NCBI GenBank assembly: GCA_041946735.1
Contig: JBHGAY010000023.1
Location: 15,900 to 79,899, forward strand
Length of the DNA stretch: 64,000 nucleotides
Direction: 5' to 3'
Source of the DNA: Candidatus Eiseniibacteriota bacterium
Lineage (GTDB): Bacteria; Eisenbacteria; RBG-16-71-46; CAIMUX01; VGJL01
Under the pieces are notes generated by a model. The model did not search any database, was not told the DNA's origin, and saw nothing but the letters and a program-made list of their open reading frames with translations. Below, piece after piece: positions 18,386-26,811 of this stretch. Position 1 is the stretch's first letter; each line of letters begins with the position of its first letter. The translations under genes and the position numbers were made by a program.

Positions 18386-18706
18386 CCGGACCTCGAATGC
18401 CCCTGCCGCGTCGATCCCCCCGAGGGAGGTTGGACGCGACTTCGATTCAGATCAAGACCCGAATCGGCGGGCTGCGAAGTTCGCGAGCGGCGGGTGCGTG
18501 GGAGGGCGCGTGAGCGGGCGGATGCGCGGGCGGGTGCGCTGACCGCGAAGCTTGCCGTTACCCTTGCCCGTTGCGTCGCTCTCAGCCTTGAGCTTGCCCG
18601 CGGCGTTACTCTCGGCCTTCCCCGTTGGCTTGCCCTCGGCCTTCCCCTTGCCCTTGCCTTTGCGTTGGCCCCTGACCTTGCGCCGGCCCTCGCGTTCCGC
18701 CCTTCC

Positions 18707-19615
18707 TCACGCGGCTGGCGCTTGCCCCTCGGTCTCCCGCCAGATCTGGAGCAGGAGCTCCACCGAGCCCGGGGCGAATCCGGCGTAGTGATTGTTGAAG
18801 TAGCAGAAGACGTCGGCAACGCGGCCGGTCAGTGTGCGGAGGACCGGGATCCAGGCCCGCATCTCGGCCGATCGGTCGATCACCAGCTCGTTCCAGTCCC
18901 CCGTCTTCTCCCCCTTCTCGCGCTTGTCGGCAATCAGCTCGTCCATCGCGTGGTGGTCGCCCAGAAAGCGCACGTAGGAGAAGTCGGAGGTGATGGGATC
19001 GCAACGGTCGAACCAGCGTTCCGGCTGCGGCATCGTCACGTAATCGACGAGGGCGAGAGCGATGTTGCGCGAGCGCAAGAGATCGCAGAGAGGGGAGGCG
19101 ATCCAGGTGGGATTGCGGATCTCGACGACGTAGAGACGTCCCTCGGGCAGCAAAGGAAGGAACGCCTCCAGCCGGCGCAGAAAGCCCGAGCCGGTCTCGT
19201 GCTCCTTGGGATCCTGCCGTTTCGAAACGGCCGGAAACTGAAAGAGCAGCGGCCCGAGCTTCGAGCCCAGCCCTTCCATCGTCTCGAGGAAGTACTTCCA
19301 GTCGTCCCCGCAGTCGAGAAGCTGCTTCTCGTGCGTGATCGTCTTCGGCACCTTCGCGGAGAAGAGGAAGCCGGGCGGGACTTTGCGCTCCCACGCGGCG
19401 ACCGTCTTGGCTCCCGGCATGAAATGCCAGGTGGCGTCGATCTCCACCGTGCGGAACGTGCGCGCGTAGTGCGTCAGGAACTCGTGGGGAGGGAGGTCCG
19501 CCGGGTAGAAGCTGCCGCACCAATCGGGAGCGCTGAACGAGGAGGTGCCGACGTGCAATCGGGGCGGCAGCACCGAGAGATCAAGAACCAAGGGATCCCC
19601 CGGTTCGATTCTCAC
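18707..19615 (-). CDS. DUF72 (YecE-like) TIM-barrel protein
   Basis: VGTSSFS, TVEIDATW, FSAKVP..ITHE, LGPLLFQFP, VEIRN, YVRFLG, YFNNHYAG. Confidence 0.92.
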   Translation of the reverse strand: MRIEPGDPLVLDLSVLPPRLHVGTSSFSAPDWCGSFYPADLPPHEFLTHYARTFRTVEIDATWHFMPGAKTVAAWERKVPPGFLFSAKVPKTITHEKQLLDCGDDWKYFLETMEGLGSKLGPLLFQFPAVSKRQDPKEHETGSGFLRRLEAFLPLLPEGRLYVVEIRNPTWIASPLCDLLRSRNIALALVDYVTMPQPERWFDRCDPITSDFSYVRFLGDHHAMDELIADKREKGEKTGDWNELVIDRSAEMRAWIPVLRTLTGRVADVFCYFNNHYAGFAPGSVELLLQIWRETEGQAPAA

Positions 19616-20462
19616 GCACGCGGATCCCGCTGCGCATGCGCACGTCGTGGAACTCGCGCGCCTCGATCCAGAGATAGTTCGCGATCAGGCGCAGCTCGAG
19701 AAGCTCCGACTCGTCGATCTCTCCATCGGAGGCGGCCCCGCCGAAGAGGCTCTCGAGCAACGCGATCCTCTCCTCGATCTCGCTGACGCGGTTGAACGAG
19801 GCGCACAGGCGCTGGCGATCGAGATCGTCGAGGGTGCGGGCGCGCACGAGCCCCAGGATCCGCTCCGCTTCGTCCGTCCCGAACCCGAAGCGGTCCTGCA
19901 GCTGGCGGCGGAGGTAGCGGGTCTCCTCCGGCGCCACCTCGCCGTCGCCGAGGATCACGCGAAAGTGAATGGCGGCGAAGAGGAGCGCGCGTTGGAAGCG
20001 CTCCTCGTCCTCCCTGATCGGAGCGCGAGGGACCGTCCGGCGGAGGAGGCCGCGAACGCGTGACAGGACGGTGGGGGCGGCGCTGGCATCTGCCGCCTCG
20101 ATCGCCTCCCGCATGCGGGAGAGCAGGCGGCTCTCCCCGCCGCTCCGCCGCCCGTCGGCGCCGGCGAGCGACTCGATCCGGGCGAGCACGCGCTCGCGGT
20201 CGGTTGCCGGAATGCCGGTCACGAAGTCGACGGCGAGCTTCTCGGCCTCCTCGATCGGGACCGGCCGGTCCAGCATCGGGCGCAGGCCGGCCCATTCGGC
20301 GGCGTCCAGGCCGACGTCGCGGGCCACACCTTCGAGATACTCGGTTTCTTGCGGGGAGAGATCGCCGTCGGCCCAGGCGGCCGCCACGAGCAGCCTCACC
20401 AGGGCGACCTCGGTCCTTTCGTTCACCAAACGATTTGCCTCCACGGGGTAACTTGCGGCCAC
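19581..20462 (-). CDS. Tandem TerB-like domain protein
   Basis: Repeated A(W)ADGxxxxxE motifs (AWADGDLSPQE, LGDGEVAPEE, AASDGEIDESE); start uncertain. Confidence 0.8.
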   Translation of the reverse strand: MAASYPVEANRLVNERTEVALVRLLVAAAWADGDLSPQETEYLEGVARDVGLDAAEWAGLRPMLDRPVPIEEAEKLAVDFVTGIPATDRERVLARIESLAGADGRRSGGESRLLSRMREAIEAADASAAPTVLSRVRGLLRRTVPRAPIREDEERFQRALLFAAIHFRVILGDGEVAPEETRYLRRQLQDRFGFGTDEAERILGLVRARTLDDLDRQRLCASFNRVSEIEERIALLESLFGGAASDGEIDESELLELRLIANYLWIEAREFHDVRMRSGIRVRENRTGGSLGS

Positions 20463-20730
20463 TCTAGGCAGCCCGGCTTCGGCCTGTCAATCGGGGCGCC
20501 GGCGAGCGCGCGCGCGCCGGCGAACGCCAACGGTCGGTGGCCGCCCGCGCGTCAGCGAACGTGGACGGTCGGTGGGCCGCCCGCGCGCCAGCCGCGTGCC
20601 GCCCGCGCGCCGCCCGCGCGATCCATGACAGCCCCGGGCGCAGGCGGTACCCTCGCCCAGGCACCGACGACGGCGGGAGGGACTCGGCAGGAGCCGGAGC
20701 CCGCTCTCCGTCCGATTCATGGAGGAGCCG

Positions 20731-23700
20731 ATGACCGCTCGCCGCTTCATCTGGATCGCCCTGGGGATCGTTCTCGCTCTCTCGTTCGCCGGTCGCGCGA
20801 TGCTTCGCAGCCAGCCGCGCGGGGAGCCGGCGCCCGGCGAGCTGACCGTGACGCTCGCCTCTCCCCGGGGAGAGGTGGCGAGGCTCTACTCCGTCGACGT
20901 CCTGTTCAGTTCGGCGATGAAGCCGCTCGGGGAGCGCGGCCCGTCCGGCCCGGTCCGTGCGGACGGCAAGAAGATCCCGCTCGAGATCGACCCGCCGATC
21001 GAAGGGAGCGCGACCTGGATCGGAACCCGCGCCCTTTCGTTCGCGCCTCGCGAGCCGGTCCCCGCCGCGAGCCGCCTCACGTGCAAGGTGCCGGCCGGCA
21101 CGCGCGCGCTCGACGGCTCGACGCTCCCCTCCGACGTCGTGTGGGAGATCTTCGTCCGGCCGCCCCGCCTGCTCCGAAGCGTTCCGGAGGACGCCTCCCT
21201 CTACGCGCCGGGCGAGACGATCTACCTGCTCTTCAATGCGCCGGTCCGTCCCGGAGCGGAAGACTCCGTCCGTTTCGCCGGCCCGGACGGTCCGATTCCC
21301 CTGACGCGCGTCGCCCCCGACTCCGCGGCGATCGTCGAGCTTCTCGGACGGCGCGGGCCATCGGGCCCGATTCCGACTCCTGAGGAGGCGGAGCAGCGGG
21401 GACTGCTCGCTCTCCGGCCCACAGGGACGGTCCCGCCCGCCGCATCGCTTTCGCTCGAGATCGCCCCCGGGATCCCGCTCGGCGCCGGAGAGGTGGGGCT
21501 CGAGGAGCCGGTCGAGGTCTCGTTCGCCTCCTATGGACCTCCGCGCTTCGTCGACGCCCAGACGGGGCCGACGACCATCGACCTCACCCTCGGAGGGCCG
21601 GTCGATCCCGAGGCGCTCCGCGAAAACCTGCAGATCGAGCCGCCGGTGCCGAACCTCGCGATCGACCCGCGCAGCGGCACGGAGTTTCACATTCGCGGGC
21701 GCATCCGCTCCGGCACGACCTATACATTGACGCTTCGCGCAGGGTTGACGTCCCTGCTCGGCGCCCGCCTCGAAACGGCGGACCGCCTCACGGTGGCGAC
21801 GGCGCATGACTTTGCGGAACTTTCGATCGTCCCCTCGAGCGGGTACCTGCTGCGCACCGATGATCCCCGGATCCGGATCGAAGGGGTGAACGTCGACTCC
21901 GTCACGATCCGCGGCGCGTGGGTTCCGGCCGACAGCATGCCGTCGAGCCTCGCGCACGAGACCTGGGAGCCGCCGCTCGGCCCACTGCCGCTGCTCGGTC
22001 GATGGGGCGAGCCGGCCGCGACTCCCGACAGCCTCCGCGCGATCCATCTCGATCTCTCGCGCTTCGGCAAGCGGCCGAAGGGAGCGCAGGCCGTGCGCGT
22101 CCAGGTGCGCTCCCGCGCCCTGTTCCCGGATCCCTCCGGGGAGCGCGAGACGTTGCGCGGGGAGGCGCTGCTCCAGATCACCGATCTCGGCATCTCGGCC
22201 ATCGCGGCGCATGAGAAGAGCCTGGTCTGGGTCACGCGGCTCTCGACCGGCAAGCCGGCCGCCGGGGCGACCGTGCGCTTGTGGCTTCCGGGACGGCGCC
22301 GCCCCCTCGGCTCGGCGACGAGCGACGCCGACGGGATGGCATGGCTTCCCGGCGTCGCGCCGCTGTCGCGCGGGGATCGCCCCGTGATCGAAGTGCGGAC
22401 GGAGAGCGACGCCGCCTGGATCCGCGTGTCGCCCGAGGTCTACCAGGCGGGCAGCGAGGCGGGCCCCGAGTTCGCCGGCGCTCCACCGGCCGGGTACGTC
22501 TTCACCGACCGGCCGCTGTACCGGCCGGGCGAGGCCGTCTCGTTCGTGGCCCACGTGCGCCGGAGCGGCTCGCAGGGGATCGCCGGCGCCGGCATCCCGG
22601 CCGTCCACTACGAAGTGAGCGCCTCGGAGGGCGGCACGGTGATCGGCGAAGGGGAACTCGCGCTCGCCCCTCCGGGCGACGGCTCGCTCACCGTGACGCT
22701 CCCCGCCGATGCGCCGCTCGGCTACTACGCCATCGCGCTCACGCTGCCGCGCGCCCCCCAGAAGGAGACGCCGGAGTCGAAGGGGCAGCCTGGAGGCGAT
22801 GAGGAGGACGGCGGAGGCCGCCGCGCCTATCCGGTCGCCTACGGAGGCTTCCAGGTCGAGGAGTACCGGCTGCCCCGCTTCGAGGCGGCGGTACGCGGAC
22901 CCGCCGAGCCGGTGATCGCCGGCGAGGAAGCGACCGTCACGGGACGGTTCGCCTACCTCGGCGGCGGCCCGCTCGGAGGCGTCCCGGTGCGCTGGACCGT
23001 CTCGCGATCCGCTTATTGGGAGGCGCCGGAAGGATACGAGGACTATCAGTTCACCGACGAGCGGCCACGCGGGATGGAGGAGGTGCGGCCGATCTACGGG
23101 ATGGACCGCGTGGCGGCGGGCGAAGGGACGCTCGACAAGGAGGGGCGGATCGCAATCCACGTGACCCCGGACATGTCGGGCCTCGGCGCCGACCAGACCT
23201 ACATGGTCGAGATGGGCGCGCGCGACTTGGCCGACCGCTCCGCCTACGACGTCGGGACGTTCACCGCGTTGCGCGCGGGGCTCCGCGCCGGCATCCGGAC
23301 CGAGTCGTTCCCCGCCGCCGGCGAGGAGCCGGAGCGGGTGCAGCTCGCGGCGATCGCGCTCGATCCGTCCGGCAAGCCGCTCGCCGGCGTCCCTTTGACG
23401 CTGCGGATCGAGAAGCGGCTCTGGCGGACGGTCCGCGTGCGCCGGATCGGCAGCGCGTTCGGCTACGAAAACGTGCCGCAGGACAGCCTCGTCTCGTCCG
23501 AGGAGGCGGCGTCCGGCTCGGAGCCGGTCGTCCGCACGTTCACGCCCCGGAGTCCCGGCACCTATTCGTTCGTCGTGGAGGCGCGAGACGATGCGGGCCG
23601 CTTCACGAGCGCGCGCAGCTTCGCCTACGTGGCGGGACGGTCCGCGGCCGGCTGGTACCGCGGCGACCAGGCCTGGCTCGAGCTGAAGCCTGACGAGCGA

Positions 23701-26700
23701 AAGTACATGCCGGGCGACACCGCGCAGGTGCTCGTTCCCGCGCCGGCGATTCCGACCGAGGCGCTCGTCCTGATCAGCGACAACGGCATCCAGCGCGCGC
23801 GCCGCCTTTCGGGGCTGCGCGGGGCGCCGCGCGTGGCGGTCCCGCTCGCCCCGTATTCCCCGCCGGCAGTCTGGATGCAGGCGATCCTCGTCGGGCCGAC
23901 CGTGGTGCCGGAGCCGGGCGGAGCGATCGAGCACCTCCCGTATTACGGGTGGGGACAAACGGCGCTCACGATGTCGCTCGATCCGTGGAAGCTCGACTTC
24001 GACGTCACGACCGACCGCGCGGTCTACGAGCCGGGGAACGAGGTGACGATCGTCGTGACAGGCGGCGACGCGGCGCGCGCGGCCGGCGGAAAGGTGACGC
24101 TGGCCGTCGTCGACGACGCGATCTTCCAGCTCTCCGGCGAGCCGTCGGTCGATCCGTGGAACGCGATCTTCCAGTGGCGCGGGCCGGGCACCGACTACAA
24201 GGACGTCCGGCAGGATCTCCATCTGCCGGCGCGCGGCGAGAAGGGGCGGATCACCCCCGGCGGCGACGGCGGCGAGGAGGGAGGCGGTCCGCGCAAGCGG
24301 TTCGTCCCGACGGCGGCGTTCGCGCCGCTGCTTCCGATCGGCGCCGACGGCCGGGCCGTCTATCGCTTCCGCCTTCCCGACGACTTGACGCGCTTTCGCG
24401 TGCGCGCGCTGGCGAGCGCCGGCGTCGATCTCTTCGGGTACGAGGAGACGAAGTTCGACGTCCGCAAAGGGCTGCAGCTCGAATGGTCGGCTCCCCGCTT
24501 CGTGCGCGACGGCGACCGCCTCGACCTCGTCGCCGTGGCGCGCAACAACGGCCCGGAGAAGATCGACGCGCGCGTGAGCGTGTCGGTGCGCGGGGCGCGG
24601 ATCGACGGCAAGGCGGAGAAGAAGCTGTCCAAGATCCCGGCGGGGGGCGGCGCGCGAGCCGTCTTCACGATCCGCGACCCGGCGGCGCCCGGCATCGAGG
24701 TCACGATGCGGGCGCAGGCGGGCGGCGGGCTCGAGGATGCCGCCACGTTCACGATCCCCTTCGAGAAGCCGGTGCTCTGGGAGAGGGACTTCCTGGCGGC
24801 GCGGCTCGAGCCGTCCTATCGGACGACGATCGCGCTCGACCGGACGGCGATTCCCGACCTCGGCGGATTGACGACGACGATCGGGCCGTCGCTGCTGTCG
24901 GGCATCGGACCGGCGCTCGCCTCGACGATCGACTATCCCTACGGCTGCCTCGAGCAGCTCTCCAGCTCCCTGCTCGCCGCCGTTGCGGCGCGCACGGCGG
25001 CGCAGCATCTGGGCGAGGAGCCCGACTCGCTCGTCGGCGCCGGAGACGCCGGAGGCGCGGGCGGCGCCGAAGGCGCGGGCAGCCGCGGCATCGATCTGGA
25101 GACACGGGCGAAGCGCGCCTCGGAGCAGATGGCCGCGGCCGTCCAGCCTTGGATGGTCCTCTCCTGGCCCGACATGCAGTCACCGCCGGCGAGCGACTAC
25201 GTCGTCGGCTACGCGCTGCTCGCCGCCACGCACGCGCGCGCTGCAGGGCTCCCGTTCCCCGAGGAGGCATGGAGCCGCCTCGATCAGGAGACGGCGCGGC
25301 GCCTCGAGAGCGCGTGGTCCGGCTGGAACGCATGGAACGAGCAGGACCGGCGAGGGCGCGACCGTTCGGGAGGCAGCGCGGAGCCGGAAGAAGGCGGCCT
25401 CGAGCCAGGCGGCGAGCCGGAGGCCGGCGGCTTCGACCGGCCGAGGGATCACGGCGAGTCGTCGCTGCGACAGCTGCGCGAGACGATCCCCTGGCTGCTC
25501 TTTGCGCAAACCGAGTCGGAGCGGCTCGCGCCGGGGGCCGCCGCCGGAGCGGGCGGAGCGGGCGAAGCCGTCGAAGCGGGCGCAGCGGGCCAAGCGGCCG
25601 AGCCGCGCGCGCGACGGGACGATCTCGAGAGCCTGTTCGCGCGCCATGGCGAGCTTCCTCTTCCGTCGCGGATCGTCCTCGCCCTCGCCCTGCAGAACCG
25701 CGCGGAGAGCGAGACCGGAGAGCCGAAGGCGCTTTGGAGCGGGTACGTGGAGGCGATCGTCGGCGAGGTGTTGCAGAGCAGCCTGCAGCGGACGGGCCGC
25801 TTCGTCTGGATTCACGAGGAGGACGAGACCTGGGCGGACGGCATGGGAAGCGACGAGGAGGCGACCGCGTTCTTCCTGCGGCTGCTCGCCGCTCACGATC
25901 CGCAGAACGAGCAGATTCCCGGGCTCGTCTCCTGGCTGCTGGATCGCCGCCGTCCCTCGTCCGGGATGTGGGCGAGCCAGCACGCCTCGGCGCTCGTGCT
26001 CGACGTCGTCACCTCGACGGTCGCGCGCCTGGAAGGACCGCTCTCGCAGGTGACCGGACAGGTCGCGGTCGGTGAGAGGTTCGAGCCGTTCCGCTTCACG
26101 GGCGGCGATCGCGTCGTGCGCTCCTTCTTCCCGCTCGCGGATCTCTTCCGGATGGCGGGGACGAACGATGCGATCCCGCTGCGCGGAGATTCCGACGGAA
26201 GGCGCACCGTCTATCTCACCGCGACTCTCGACGTCGCCCATCCCGCGCTGGATGCCGGGTCGGTCGAGCGCGGCATGATCCTCTCGAGGGAGTGGGTCGA
26301 CGCGGCGGGACGGCCGTACGGCGATCGCCTTCCGTTGGCCGAGCCGCTCTACGTCCATCTCGCGATCGTGGCGCCGCGGGACGCGCGGATGCTGGCGATC
26401 GAGGACCCGCTCCCGGCGGGCGTCGAGGCGGTCAACCTTGCCTTCGCCAACGCTCCGAAGCTCTCGCTCTCCGAGACGCCGGATGGGGCGGCCGAGTTCT
26501 CCCCGGCGGGAGGCGACTACGGCATGGGATATGGAGGCGGAGGCGGCGGAGGAGAAGAGGGCGGCGGCCCGTACGACGGCGGCGAGGGTGGCGGCGAGCT
26601 GTGGATCGTGCACAAGGAGCTGCGCGACCGCCGCGTGCTCGCATTCGCGGAGGACGTGCGCGCGGGGATCTACCACCTCTACTACCCGGCGGTCGCGACC

Positions 26701-26811
26701 GTCGCCGGCACCTACAGGGTGCCGGGCGCCCGCGTCGAGATGATGTACAGCCCGGAGATCTACGCGACGACGCCCGCGACGACGGTGCGCGTGGAGGAGA
26801 AGACGCGATGA
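20731..26811 (+). CDS. Bacterial alpha-2-macroglobulin family protein
   Basis: About 2026 aa; FTDRPLYRPGE, VEEYRLPRFE, LPDDLTRFR, intact thioester YPYGCLEQ (CLEQ 24946-24957), EDPLPAGVE, EMMYSPE. ATG 20731 has a GGAGGAG SD (20719 alternative). Confidence 0.95.
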   Translation: MTARRFIWIALGIVLALSFAGRAMLRSQPRGEPAPGELTVTLASPRGEVARLYSVDVLFSSAMKPLGERGPSGPVRADGKKIPLEIDPPIEGSATWIGTRALSFAPREPVPAASRLTCKVPAGTRALDGSTLPSDVVWEIFVRPPRLLRSVPEDASLYAPGETIYLLFNAPVRPGAEDSVRFAGPDGPIPLTRVAPDSAAIVELLGRRGPSGPIPTPEEAEQRGLLALRPTGTVPPAASLSLEIAPGIPLGAGEVGLEEPVEVSFASYGPPRFVDAQTGPTTIDLTLGGPVDPEALRENLQIEPPVPNLAIDPRSGTEFHIRGRIRSGTTYTLTLRAGLTSLLGARLETADRLTVATAHDFAELSIVPSSGYLLRTDDPRIRIEGVNVDSVTIRGAWVPADSMPSSLAHETWEPPLGPLPLLGRWGEPAATPDSLRAIHLDLSRFGKRPKGAQAVRVQVRSRALFPDPSGERETLRGEALLQITDLGISAIAAHEKSLVWVTRLSTGKPAAGATVRLWLPGRRRPLGSATSDADGMAWLPGVAPLSRGDRPVIEVRTESDAAWIRVSPEVYQAGSEAGPEFAGAPPAGYVFTDRPLYRPGEAVSFVAHVRRSGSQGIAGAGIPAVHYEVSASEGGTVIGEGELALAPPGDGSLTVTLPADAPLGYYAIALTLPRAPQKETPESKGQPGGDEEDGGGRRAYPVAYGGFQVEEYRLPRFEAAVRGPAEPVIAGEEATVTGRFAYLGGGPLGGVPVRWTVSRSAYWEAPEGYEDYQFTDERPRGMEEVRPIYGMDRVAAGEGTLDKEGRIAIHVTPDMSGLGADQTYMVEMGARDLADRSAYDVGTFTALRAGLRAGIRTESFPAAGEEPERVQLAAIALDPSGKPLAGVPLTLRIEKRLWRTVRVRRIGSAFGYENVPQDSLVSSEEAASGSEPVVRTFTPRSPGTYSFVVEARDDAGRFTSARSFAYVAGRSAAGWYRGDQAWLELKPDERKYMPGDTAQVLVPAPAIPTEALVLISDNGIQRARRLSGLRGAPRVAVPLAPYSPPAVWMQAILVGPTVVPEPGGAIEHLPYYGWGQTALTMSLDPWKLDFDVTTDRAVYEPGNEVTIVVTGGDAARAAGGKVTLAVVDDAIFQLSGEPSVDPWNAIFQWRGPGTDYKDVRQDLHLPARGEKGRITPGGDGGEEGGGPRKRFVPTAAFAPLLPIGADGRAVYRFRLPDDLTRFRVRALASAGVDLFGYEETKFDVRKGLQLEWSAPRFVRDGDRLDLVAVARNNGPEKIDARVSVSVRGARIDGKAEKKLSKIPAGGGARAVFTIRDPAAPGIEVTMRAQAGGGLEDAATFTIPFEKPVLWERDFLAARLEPSYRTTIALDRTAIPDLGGLTTTIGPSLLSGIGPALASTIDYPYGCLEQLSSSLLAAVAARTAAQHLGEEPDSLVGAGDAGGAGGAEGAGSRGIDLETRAKRASEQMAAAVQPWMVLSWPDMQSPPASDYVVGYALLAATHARAAGLPFPEEAWSRLDQETARRLESAWSGWNAWNEQDRRGRDRSGGSAEPEEGGLEPGGEPEAGGFDRPRDHGESSLRQLRETIPWLLFAQTESERLAPGAAAGAGGAGEAVEAGAAGQAAEPRARRDDLESLFARHGELPLPSRIVLALALQNRAESETGEPKALWSGYVEAIVGEVLQSSLQRTGRFVWIHEEDETWADGMGSDEEATAFFLRLLAAHDPQNEQIPGLVSWLLDRRRPSSGMWASQHASALVLDVVTSTVARLEGPLSQVTGQVAVGERFEPFRFTGGDRVVRSFFPLADLFRMAGTNDAIPLRGDSDGRRTVYLTATLDVAHPALDAGSVERGMILSREWVDAAGRPYGDRLPLAEPLYVHLAIVAPRDARMLAIEDPLPAGVEAVNLAFANAPKLSLSETPDGAAEFSPAGGDYGMGYGGGGGGGEEGGGPYDGGEGGGELWIVHKELRDRRVLAFAEDVRAGIYHLYYPAVATVAGTYRVPGARVEMMYSPEIYATTPATTVRVEEKTR

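Noticed and set aside
20464..25008. 1514-aa minus-strand ORF and other long overlapping ORFs (e.g. 17153..19786, 26760..29219, 52621..54741)
   Set aside because: Shadow frames of well-supported genes; Arg/Ala/Pro-rich with no motifs, as expected at high GC.
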